NCBI RefSeq assembly: GCF_004010195.1
Contig: NC_057718.1
Coordinates: 103,976,342 to 104,040,341, forward strand
Reading direction: 5' to 3'
Length of the DNA stretch: 64,000 nt
Origin: Chiloscyllium plagiosum
Taxonomy: Eukaryota
Position numbers and translations under genes: made by a program. Below are positions 38,413 through 50,160 of the stretch, piece by piece; within the stretch, counting starts at the first letter, position 1, and the number at the start of each line of letters is the position of its first letter. The notes under the pieces are model-generated. The model saw only the letters and a program-made list of their open reading frames with translations, had not been told where the DNA came from and did no database searches.

Positions 38413-40486
38413 AATCCCTGACACCGATGCTGTTGCCAGTGAGTTCCTCCCCAAGAGGTAAGTAATGTGAAGTCGAAGTGTAAAGATAATCAAGAGAAGA
38501 GGCGAAAGGAACAAAAGAAATGAAAAGATCCCCGTGCTCTGAAGCCTTACTCCACTGCCATCTTACTGGAATTAAATTGAAGTAAATGGTGATTACCTGT
38601 TTGGGAAACTAGAGTGAACAATATAGTGAACACCTCTAGGAATTGGAGCATTTTGTGGGTTACTGCCACTCACGCAAATCTTTTGTGTACAAGATAGATA
38701 CAGCACACTGTTATAGTTTTTTGTAATTTTTATTGTCAATGACTATATATGAGTCTGGGACAAAGGGCTGTTATTTTCCTGAACATTTAACCATTTAGGT
38801 ATAGTTCCTTCCCATAGAACTAATCTGAATGTATATTAAAATTCCTCTCAGAAAACAGGCACTTCTTGATTTAGTTTAACAAGAATTAATTGGTAAATAA
38901 TTTAATGAATAAAGTATTATAACAAAATTGTACTGAATTATAACGAATTATTTGAAGGACAGCTAGGAGTAAGGATGTGAATAATGAATATGCTTTGAGC
39001 CAAAACATGATCAGTATCCCAGCTTTCATTCGGAGTTCCGGATGTTGACAATAATTGTTCAGTTTCCTGTTAGATTCTTGAATGGAGTGAGGAACACTCG
39101 CCCACACACTTTAATTCTTATCTGTTGGTGATGGGGCATCCACCATGATTAGGAACAACACTGTGATGGTTTAAGGCATCCCGACAGGAGGTGCCAGTGG
39201 GAATAAAGGGAATGAAGGGGGAATGAGCTGATTTATTGAAGGGAGAGCATTCCAACACTGAAAGGAAATTATAAAGTCAGCTCTGTTCCTGAGAGAAGTA
39301 ATCAATAGTTGATAGTGTTGTCAACATCTCCCCCTCCATTATTTCCCAGTCATCCAGGCCTTCCCACTCAAAAGTCTAATGCAAAAATTTCAATGTGTGA
39401 CAAGTTGAACAGGATATGATCCCTTATTAAGATATGAACAATACATACTGGTTTAAAAGCAGGTAGGAGGTTTGTATCATTCTGAACGGTCAACTGAGAG
39501 CATTCCAAATGGAAGGCAATCCAATTGTTTCGACCCAGTTCATCAGAGGGTGACTTTGCATTAATTTGGTGTCCAGCACCAGAACACTTTAGTTTTCCAT
39601 TCAGTTTTTGTTTTGTGCAACAAACAGAAACAGCCAGCACTAGAGAAACTCAGCAGGTCTGGCAGCACCTGTGGAGAGAGAAACCGAGTTGACATTTTGA
39701 GTCCAATGATCCTCTGTCAGACTCTTGTTTCAGATCTACAGCATCTGCAGTGCTTTGTTTTGTGCAGCTGAACTTTGTGAACTACAGACTCAAAAACCCG
39801 GAGACGTCTTGGATGTTGTGGGACCACTTGTTATAACCTGCAGGTGAACATGGTTTCTGAATGTTGTCAGTGCCACAATTAAACTTTGAATTAATACATA
39901 CCCCTGTCCATTTTGTTTCGTTGACACAAACGGCAGGGTTGATACTTTTTAAGCAGGACTTTTCTTGTAATATATGCATTTCATTTTCACTCACTGCCTA
40001 TTGTGGCACATGCAAGTCATGATTTTAACTCTATGCACCTAGAGGACAGCCAGCTAAAAACAAATGGACTCCTCGTATAATCATCTAGATCTCAGGTTTC
40101 CCACTGGACAGAGGGAAATGTATCACAGGTTTGAAAACAACAAAGATGCTTCAGATAAACCTGAGGTCAGGAAAGGCAAGATTCAAAGCTTGGAAAACAT
40201 GAATTTGGAGTCTACCACAGCATGTGATTTATAGATATTTTCTAATCGACCACTCACAGATGTTATCACACACCTCTGGAGCAGCAGGGTTTTCTAGCTC
40301 AGAGGTAAAACTCCGAATGTGTCACAGAACTCTTTAGCATTTGAGTTATGTGATTGCTTCATATCACACCAAGCCAACTAGACTCTCTGAAGTATCCTGT
40401 ACTTCCACATCAAAACCTTATCACAGAATCAGGAAATCTTATGTGCACTGCAGAGGTGTCTAAGTGTTGGTCATGACTTCATTAAG

Positions 40487-41340
40487 GTAACAGGCTCACT
40501 CTGAGTCACAATATTCTGGCTTCAGGTCACACACCCTACGCTTTGAATGCAACATTCAAGGCTGACACTTGGGGCAGTGCTGAGGGAGCACTGTGCAGTA
40601 GGAGGTGCTATCTTTCAGGTGAGGCATTACACTGAGGTCCTAGCTGCCCACTCAGGCAGATGCAAAAGACCCCACACAAGTATTTTGGAGAAGACCCATA
40701 ACGGCAGCCAGCACAGAATCAGACTCTTCGGTCCAACCAGTCCATGCTGACCATAATCCCAAACTAAACTAGTTTCACTTGCCTGCACTTGGCCCATATC
40801 CCTCTAAACATTTCCTAGAACTTATCTAAATGTCTTTTAAACGTTGTAATTTTACCGAAATCCACCATTTCCTCGAGAATTTCATTACACACATTAACCA
40901 CACGCTGTATAAAGAAATTGCCCCTTATGTCTTTTTTAAGTCTTTCTCTTCTCACCTTAAAAACATACTACCTAGTCTTGAAATCCCCCACCCTAGGGAA
41001 AAGACACCTGCAATTCACCTTATCTATGCCCCTCATGTTTTATAAACCTCTATAAGGTCACCCCTTAACCTCCTACACTCCAGTGAAAAAAGTCCCAGCC
41101 TGTCCAGCTTCTCGTTATAACTCAAACCCTCCATTCCCAGTAAGGGATTTCTCTGGATTCCTAGCCAATGTTTGTCCCTGAATCAGCAAAATAGACCCCT
41201 CTGGGCATTATCACTGTTCTGTTTGTGGGATTGTGCTGTGTACATATTGGTTGCCGCCATGTGTCCACCACATTTCAGAAAGTATTTGATTGGCTGTGAA
41301 GTGTTTGTGGGAATGATGATATAAATAAAGGCCTTTCCTT
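40487..41340 (+). mobile_element. Deu-domain SINE (SacSINE1/AmnSINE1-like), split by a CR1 insertion
   Basis: gctgacac..cagtgctgagggag..ggaggtgctatctttcaggtgag..ctcaggcagatgcaaaagacccc; resumes at 41141 with ..cattatcac..tgtttgtggga..tgattggctgtgaag; matches my recollection of the Deu core. Confidence 0.7.
40696..41140 (-). mobile_element. CR1-like LINE 3' fragment
   Basis: Reverse complement of the CR1 end seen at 33770-34200. Confidence 0.85.
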
Positions 41341-43087
41341 CAAACCACTAGGCCTCTGTCAATTCTTTGAAGATCCCATTCAGTGTGGTACCCCATCCCC
41401 ATGTGGTAGCTCTGTAAATTCATCCTCTCCAAGGACATGGTCAGCTACCTTTTGGAAAGTTTCTGGGGAATCTGGTTCCACAACCCTATTGAGTAATGTG
41501 TTCCAGAACTCAGCAACAAATTCTTCCTTATTTTTCCTTTAACTCTTTTGCCATTTATTTTAAAAATGTTACCTCCTGGTTAACACACTAGTTGCCAAAG
41601 AAGACAGTGTCTCCTTTTGCTCACTTTATCAAAACCCGTCATCCTGCTGAATACCTGCAGAAGAATGAGAGCATTTGTATTAAAGTAGTAAAGAGGTTTT
41701 CTCGAGACCTGAATAATTTCTACATTTTACATGAATTATAGCTGTTTCTCCCTGGTACATTATTGCTGCATGAGGAAGTTTTTGTAAATCTTTGTGAAGA
41801 GAGTTGTTGCACCTTAACAAGCATTTTCCATGTTGTGTCTGTAACTGTGAATCATTTTTTAATCTATATATTATTCTCCAGAGTAGCTACATTCTAAGTT
41901 TCTCCCAGGCAAGGAGCGAAAAATAACAATTATTTTCATTCTTGCAATGACATGCAATTATACTACAGGCTACCACTAGTCCATTATGTACAATTCTCCT
42001 CTTAACGGTGTGAGTTGTAATAAGCTCTGGATCATCTCCAATACAAAGCTTAGGAATATATGTTCTAATGGTGTTTTGGGGAAATGTAATAACCTTAGAC
42101 ACACTGCATTAGCAGAAGAGGGTGAGTTAAGTCCTTTCACTATTTCCACTCTTTCAGTAAGTGTCCAGATGAAGCACATCTTTCTGTTTAAAGCAGCTAT
42201 AAATGCCAAATTTAAAAATATCAGCTGCATTATCCTGAGACAGGTGTTAAGTGACCCTCTGAATATATTGGCACAAACATGTACAATACCTTTTTTCAGG
42301 AGATGTCTGCCTTCAGGTTTTTCACGTAGTCTGGAAGCATAAATGAGGCATATTAATTGTATTATCAATCAGAAACATATATAGTTTGGACACTAAATGA
42401 GCCTTTTTTATTACTTTAAGGAAAAAACTTGCTTATTAAGCACATCCTGGGCTACCCATCTCCTAGGGAATCGATAAGCAGCTGAACATAATTGAAAATA
42501 TTAAAAAAAATTGTCATCTTCTAATTCATAATTATGTTCCCCCCTTTAATTTTCTCTGTCCTTCTGAAAGCAGCAATTCATTCAATTCCATACCTGCCGT
42601 CAACTCTCTGGTGTTTGCTTTGTGTGAAACCTGGATTAGGCTGCTTCTTCAGGGCAATTTAACTGGTTTCAAATACATGCCCTGACTCATATACGCAGCA
42701 GGATAATAGTCAGGAGCATCTGCTGAATTTTCTAATGCTTCACTGCTCCCTACCCTGGCACTTTTAGTCCAAATTGCCCCCATTCAGGTCTACTGCTTCC
42801 ACAGACTAGGATACAATCATTCAATTCTACAGGACTCAATCTCACACCAGATCATTCAGATAGTGACTGAACCATTGAGGGAAAACTTTATACTTTATTT
42901 AGCTCAAGGACCAAACTGTTCCCCTGACTTCTCATCTGTAGCTGACAGTATAGTTCAGTTCTTGCATGTAGCCCCACAACAGTTTAACCAACTATTCAAT
43001 TTATAAGGGTAAGCAATGGTTTGATGAAAATTTTGAAGGTTTAATGGAGAACTGTTTGGATGGATAAAGAGAAGCTATTTCCATTTG

Positions 43088-43404
43088 TTAGATTAGATTA
43101 GATTACTTACAGTGTGGAAACAGGCCCTTCGGCCCAACAAGTCCACACCGCCCCGCCGAAGCGCAACCCACCCATTTCCCTACATTTACCCCTTACCTAA
43201 CACTACGGGCAATTTAGCATGGCCAATTCACCTGACCTGCACATCTTTGGACTGTTGTAGGAAACCGGAGCACCCGAAGGAAACCCACGCAGACACGGGG
43301 AGAACGTGCAAACTCCACACAGTCAGTCGCCTGAGGCAGGAATTGAACCCAGGTCTCTGGCGCTGTGAGGCAGCAGTGCTAACCACTGTGCCACCGTGCC
43401 GCCC
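43088..43404 (-). mobile_element. Full-length, young HE1-type SINE inserted in a CR1 fragment
   Basis: Head gggcggcacggtggcacagtggttagcactgctgcc, CpG-rich, with a (tctaa)n tail. Confidence 0.93.
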
Positions 43405-43944
43405 ACTAAGATAGTTCAGGAACAGGGGGATCAGCCTAAAAAATAAGAACAGCACCTTTCGAAAGGGAAATTAGGAAACATTTCTTCACAGGAAGAACTT
43501 TGGAACTCTGTCCCACAAATAAATTCACGCTCAATCAATTGTTAATTTTAAACAGAAATTGACAGCCTTTTTAACCACAGTTATTTTGGGATATGGAACA
43601 TCAATGGGTAAATGGAGTTAGATGATGGATCATTGAATAGTTCAACAGTTTTGAACATGCTTTGTCCTGAACTTACAATGCTTTCTGCCCAGTTGATAAT
43701 GTTAATATGGCTGGAGGAGGATAACCAGCATCAATACCTTCCCAAATACTCCAATGCACTTACTTCAATGTGTTTATGGAGAAGAAATGTTTTCACGTGT
43801 ATAATAGCAAATCACTGCCAAGGCTGAAATGTCAGCGGGCAAAGAAACAAGGACTTGACCTCAGGCAGAATACACGCTAACAAATGAATGAATGAATGAA
43901 TGAATAATGGTGAATATAGGCAAAAGAATATTAGATCTCAATAC

Positions 43945-44260
43945 TCATAGAACGTAGGACATATAACATTACAACGCAGTACAGGCCCTTCGGCCCTCGT
44001 TGTTGCACCGCCCTGTGGAACCAATCTGAAACCCATCTATTGTACACTATTCCCTTCTCGTCCACGTGCCTATCCAATGACCATAATTAAATGCCCGTAA
44101 AGTTGGGGAGTCTACTACTGTTGCAGGCAGTGCATTCCATGCCCCTCCTACTCTGAGTAAACCTCTGCCATCTGTCCTATATCTATCACCCCACAATTTA
44201 AAGCTATGTCCCCTCGTGCTAGACATCACCATCTGAGGAAAAAGGCTCTCACTGCCCACC
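43945..44260 (-). mobile_element. CR1-like LINE 3' fragment
   Basis: Same subfamily as 1-175 (AWNALPATVVDSPTL). Confidence 0.85.
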
Positions 44261-45101
44261 CAATGTATGGTTAGTTACATATTATATGTAACTAACCAAC
44301 TCCAACCAACACACAAATGCGTTAAGTAGTTGCATCTATTAATAGTTTTGGAGAAACATTTTTATTTCATTCACAGGATGTGGATGCTGCTGGCCAGGCC
44401 AGAACTAGTTGTCCAACCCCAAGTCCTCACTTTCTCCTAGCGATCAGTTCAGGGTCAGCCACATTACTGTGGGTCTGGAGTCACATGTAGGCCAGACCAG
44501 TTAAGGATGGCAGATTTTCTTTTCTGAAGAACATTGGTGAACCAGACGTTTCTTTCCTGACTATTGAAAATGGTTTCGTGGTCGTCATTAGAATCTTAAT
44601 TCCAGGCTTTTTCCAGAGTCTGTTAAATTTGCCCCCAAAAGCAACTTCAGGCAGTCAAATATACTAAGATGTAATCTATCAAATACATCTGTCACCCAAA
44701 CAAAAACTTGAAACCTGTGAATTTAAAACCAATAAACATTGTTTTGTCAATGTATGGTCATTGTTAATGGAGTATCTGGAAGTGCAACAATTCTGAAATA
44801 CACACAGCATAAAGACAATCGACCAAATGATCTCCTCTGTGCTGCACCATATGTTGTATCTGAAGCACCTTGGGATATTTTACTATATTAAAGACACTAC
44901 GTGAATGCAAGTTGTTGCTTCATTTCAGGATTCTATTAAAGATTCTCTCAGAACAGTCTCCTGCACTTGAGGGTCACACTGACCCCTCAGCGCCAGGCAG
45001 GACAGTTAAGTTTAAAAAGTTAGAAACCAAAGTGGTTCAATCAAACACCCTGTCTTTGGACCAACTGCAGATTAACTACAGCAGAATTCCAGTTTGTGGA
45101 C

Positions 45102-45795
45102 TGATATGGTGACTGGAATCTGGTTGACCTCAATGACTACGAGGTGCTTGATTGAGGTTGTTAACCCGGGCCAATCAGGGGGGAAGCCCTGGCTGGCCAA
45201 TATAATCAGGGGAAATTGAATCAAGATTTGTACTACTGTTGTCACCCCTACCCCTACCCCTACCCGCTGGGGAAAATATAAGCACTATTGCAGTTAGGCA
45301 GTAGTGTGAGGGTAAAAGAAAACAAGCAGGAGTTTTAAAATCTCCAGTTCAGGTGACTGACTCTGTGCTGGCTGGGACACAGTCAGTGTGTTCCTGCTGG
45401 AGTTGGTAAAGAAAAAAATATATAATCAGGGGAGTCCCTGCCCTCCCCTTCACTTTTTTCATGTAGGCAGTGCGTGTTCTGGGCTTTGCTTGTCACTGAT
45501 TCCTTGGCCACATGGGGGTCTCTCCTGATGGTGGAATATTGATAAAGTTGTTTTCACTTGTGTTTTCACGGTGTCTTGTACCTACATGCACACACACACA
45601 TGGGTGCTGGGGAATATAAGCGCTACTGCTGTACGACAGTACTTTAGGAAGGAGAAAAAAGAAAACAAATCTATAATCAGGAGATTAGAAGCTCCTCAAT
45701 GGAGGGGAGTGACTCTGAGCTGGTTGGCGAAAGCCAGTGTACTGTGCACTGGTAAATAAAGGGTGATAATAATCACCCTGTGTTCAGTTATTTCA
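45102..45795 (+). mobile_element. Solo LTR with internal insertions
   Basis: TG...CA ends (TGATAT/ATTTCA); 5-bp TSD TGGAC at 45097-45101 and 45796-45800; CCAAT at 45171, TATAA at 45201, AATAAA near 45755. Confidence 0.8.
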
Positions 45796-46257
45796 TGGAC
45801 ACAGTATAGCTTCTGAAACATGATAAGTTTTCATTGTTTTGAGCAGATACACTTTTTTGAAAAGCTGATTCACCCCTTTAATTCAAATTGCATGAAGGGT
45901 TAAATAAAACTGATCCTTGTATCTCAAACCCCATGAGATTGGGAAATCAAATGTCATGGATTAAGAATATGCACAGTTATTTTTCTGATCTCGATACACT
46001 CAAGGTCAGAACCTATAGATCGAGAACTATAGCCAAAAACAAAAACCAGCAATAGACAATATGATTTTAAAAACATTAAGGCATTCCTGACAGCAGTCTT
46101 AGTCCTGTGCTTAGTCCACAGTCCCTGCTTTGTAAACTCTGTCAGTTCCTCTTTGTCCAGTACCTTCCCAACTCTCTTTCCAAATTAAGTAAAGATCAGC
46201 TTTGACATATTTTCAGGTCATGCATTCCAGATCCTGACAACTCCCCAAGTGAGACAT

Positions 46258-46590
46258 CACAGAATCCCTACAGTGTGGAAGAAGGCCCTTCAGCCCATCA
46301 AGTCCACACCAACCCTCTGAAGAACATCCCACCAGACTCCACCTCCCCTTAACATATAACCCTGCATTTCCCATGGCTAACACACCTAATCTGCATAGCC
46401 GTGGACATTGGGCAATTTAGCATGGCCAATTCACCTGACCTGCACATCTTTAGACAGTGGGAGGAAATAGGAGCACCTGGAAGAAACCCACGCAGGCACA
46501 GGGAGAATGTGTAAACTCTACACAGACAGTCGCCCAAGGTTAGAATCAAACCTGGGTCCTTGGCACTGTGAGCCACCATGTCACCCTACC
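46258..46590 (-). mobile_element. HE1-type SINE
   Basis: Reverse complement of the HE1 body and tail. Confidence 0.88.
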
Positions 46591-47689
46591 TCTTCATTGC
46601 TCCTCTAGATCTTTTCCCAATGGTTTTCAATCTTGAGCAGCTCATCACCAGGAATACTTCTATTTTTCTCTCTGCAAACTCCAGCACAACTTCACATCAT
46701 CTTGAAAACCTCAGTCACATCAGTTTTTAACCCTCCCAGTCTCAAGGAGAAAATTATTCCAGCTTCTCATCACACCTGAACTACAAAGAGAAGTTGGAAA
46801 AGTCAGGATGATTCAACATTTAAGATAATGTCACTATAGTCCCAGTGAACAACAGAGTTTATCTCTCATCAGAGAGGGTGGTGGTTTAAGCTGAGGGTCA
46901 CCATGCCTGAGGTGAGGGAAAGGCTGAGAAGGAGAGTCCATCATGGTAACAATAACGTTTCACAAAACCATGACATCTTCCACCTACAAGAGCAAGGGCA
47001 GGAGACACACGGAGACCACTACTGGCAAATTCCTCCTGAGCCACACACCATTGTGATGTGGAACTATCTTGCTGTTCCTTTACCATTGCTGAGGGGGAAA
47101 TGCTGGAATTCCCTTCCTGACAGCTGGAATAAAGCAAGAGAAATTCAATCAGACCTTCAAGCAATGTCTTCCACAGGCATTTGATATTTCTCTCAAAGTT
47201 AATCGTGTCAGTGATAGAGTGTTGAAATGCGTTGAGGGGCTGCATTATCAGATAGGGCCTAGTTACTTTCCATAACTGTTTGGTTGCAACTTAGTGTGAA
47301 TAATTTTATCACTTCCCTCTTTCTAATGCACAGTTCTCCACTGAACCATACATTAACCCATCCTATAGTAATCGCAGCATTGACTGTTGTCACTGGGAGT
47401 TCTTCCGACAAATTCAAAATTGGAATTGGAAGCGGGAAATTGTATCTAATGTTATTTGAATGTTGCTGGTTGCTCAGTAACAGCACAACTCAGTACAGTT
47501 GCTATCAGAGATCAGATAGGAACGTTTTTCATTGCCTGTACTTTCTTCACATCCCTACAGTTTCTAAGCTATGTTAAAAGCAGGGAAGATTGAAAGATTG
47601 AAAGCACAGAAAGAGGCTGGATGACCTGTCCTAACAGCTCCTGCCTCACATTTATATTTTAATGAGTTGGTTTGGGAGAGGAGTTGAGA

Positions 47690-47810
47690 GTGTGTTTAAC
47701 TGTGCCTTAAACTGCCCAATGTAGATTATCCAAGTCCTTATTGCTGCCTGGTAAACGATGACCTTGGTCTCAGGTGAGAGATCTCTGGTCCTCCAACATC
47801 CTTTTTTGAC
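47690..47810 (-). mobile_element. RTE-clade LINE remnant
   Basis: KKGCWRTRDLSPETKVIVYQAAI resembles the RTE RT C-terminal motif (RDL..STKL.VY.A.V). Confidence 0.45.
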
Positions 47811-48059
47811 CAAAGGCTGAGCTGGAACACTGGAATCGACTAGTTTTATCATCCATGTCTACCTTCACCAAGACAAGGCTCCCCAATATGTAAATAGTCC
47901 ACATTTCTCCGGATCATCCCCATTGATTTTATTGGTGGGAAGATGTGGAAGGTCATTTGTGGAGGAATATAGTTTTCCAGGTGTCTACTTGAGCCTGTGA
48001 GCCTGCCCCACTGTTCTATAACATCCTGGCTGATATGACCCCTCCACAGTCCCACCTTC

Positions 48060-50160
48060 TCCTGATGACCCTTCACATCACTGTGCTCCCCCTTCCCTTC
48101 CCCCACTTATCATAATTCTAACAAGCTCTGCCTTAAAATCATTCAAAGGCTCTGCTTCCAGCATCTTTTCACAAAGAGAGTTCCAAAGACCCACAATCCC
48201 TAGGAAGACACTTTGCCTCATCTCTCTTTTCAATGGGAATTTTTAACTGTGACTGCCTTGTTCTAGATTCTCACACATCCACCTGGCCAAGACTCCTCAG
48301 GATCTCATATGTTTCAATCAGGTTACCTCCAACCCCAGCAGATGCAAGCCCAGTCTTTCCAACAATTCCTCATATGACAACTCCCCCATTCCAGGTAATA
48401 ATCCAGTAAACCTTCTCTGAACTGCCTCCCATGCATTTACATCTTCTCTAAACAAGAAGACTTAAACTGCACACAGTATTTCAGATGTGGGTTTCACCAA
48501 TGCCCCGTATAACTGAGGCATAACATTGTTTGTTTTACATTCAATTTGACTTGCAATAAACAATAACATTCGATTCGCTTTCCTTATTATTTGTTGTAGT
48601 TGCATTCCAACCATCTCTGATTCTTGCATTAAGACATCCAGACCTCTGCAGCTCAGAGCTCTGCGATCTCTCACTGTTTAGGTAATATCCTGCTTCTTAA
48701 TTCTTCCTGACAAAATTAACAACGTCATACTTTCCCACCTTATATCTGTTTGCCAAATCTTTACCCACTCACTTGATCTTTCTATTCCCCTTTGTAGCTT
48801 CCTAAATCCATTGCACAATTACTTTCCAACCTGTCTTTGTGTCATCAGCAAATATAGTGATCTTTCTTCCATCTAAACCATTTGCATAAATTGTAAACAA
48901 CTGGGTTCCCAATGACACAGTATTCATTAGATCTTACTAACCAGGTAAAAGGAGAATTTATGGCTATTCTGTCCTTCCTGTCAGGCAACTAATCTTCCAT
49001 CCATCCTAATTTGCTACCTCCTACGCTTGGAGCTTTTATTCTCCATGGGGTGGCACGGTGGCTCAGTGGTTAGCACTGCTGCCTCACAGCACCAGGGACC
49101 CAGGTTTGATGCCAGCCTTGGGTGACTGTCTGTGTAGAGTTTGCACATTCTCCCCGTGTCTGGATGGGTTTCCTCTGGGTGCTCCGGTTTCCTCCCACAG
49201 TCACAAAGATGTGCAGGCCAGGTGAATTGGTCATGCTAAATTACCCCATAGTGTTCAGGGATGTGTAGGTTAGGTGCATTAGTCAGTGGTAAAAGTAACA
49301 TAAGGAGGAACAGGCTTGGGTGGGTTACTCTTCGGAGGGTCAGTATGGATTTATTGGGCTGAAATGTCTGTTTCCACACTGTAGGGATTCTATACAATAA
49401 CTATTGTTGTGGCAACATATGAAATAACTGCTGGACATCTAACCACAGTGAAGCTACTGGGTCCCCTTTATCCACACACATGTTACTTGTTCAAAGAATT
49501 CTAACAAGTCGGTAAAAGTATTATTTCCCTTTTACAAAACCATTTTGACGCTGCCTGATTAAGTTGAATGTGTCTAAGTCGATAATGCTTTTAATAATAA
49601 CACCTTACATTTTCCTCATGATAGACATTCAGCCAATAAGCCTTTAGCTTTCTGCTTTCTGTCACCCCTCCTGCTTTAAATAGAGGAGCTAGGTTTCTAC
49701 TTTCCAATTTAACAACATCTTCCCCGAATCTAGAAAGTTTGAGAAAATCAACACCAATGCATCAACTATCTCACCAGTCACTTCTTTTAGAAGCCTGGGA
49801 TGAAGTCCATCAAGACTTCAGGATTATCAACCCCAGCCTACAATAAGTTGCCCAGTGCCTCTTTCACTTACTGATTTTTCAGTTTTTCTAAAATGTTGTT
49901 TCTATTCTCCATAGTAAAGGCTGAAGGGAAATACCTGTTCAATTCACCCACCACCTCCTTATTTTCCATTGCTAAGTCCTCAAACTCACTTTCCATGCAA
50001 GTAAACGTTTGTTTTTAATTGATTCTTTTCTTGTTTAAATAGGTAAATTCCTGTGATCTGTTTTTATATTGCTAGCTAGCTTTCCCTTGTATTCTATTTT
50101 TCCTCCCTTATGAATCTTCCAGTCATTGTTGCTGTTTTTCTTTTATATTCTGCTCAATCG
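48060..50160 (-). mobile_element. Old CR1-like LINE, interrupted by an HE1 SINE
   Basis: QQIIRKANRMLLFIASQIECK..VMPQLYGALVKP; degenerate RT sequence (tttgtgtcatcagcaaa = FADDTK on the minus strand). Confidence 0.8.
49047..49395 (+). mobile_element. HE1-type SINE, full length
   Basis: gggtggcacggtggctcagtggttagcactgctgcc head, body and tail. Confidence 0.93.

Larger units (their letters stand above)
35453..38564 (-). mobile_element. Composite non-autonomous element with a Rex1-like 3' tail (copy 2), containing the 24-bp minisatellite
   Basis: Minus strand starts aagatggcagtggag plus a pyrimidine tract and ends agatggcactggagagtggtgac...cttttcactgta...cgtgtcaagaaataaatcaaat; possible TSD ttactgaaa/ttactggaa. 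Confidence 0.6.

Noticed and set aside
35788..38465. 877-aa and other long ORFs (GPLQSVLL/GPTPVCAA/WAQQHRLE repeats)
   Set aside because: Open in several frames on both strands because the 24-bp unit lacks stops; no splice or domain evidence.
43330..43404. tRNA-like sequence (also at 1615, 49047, 50380)
   Set aside because: These are SINE heads continuous with HE1 bodies, not stand-alone tRNA genes.
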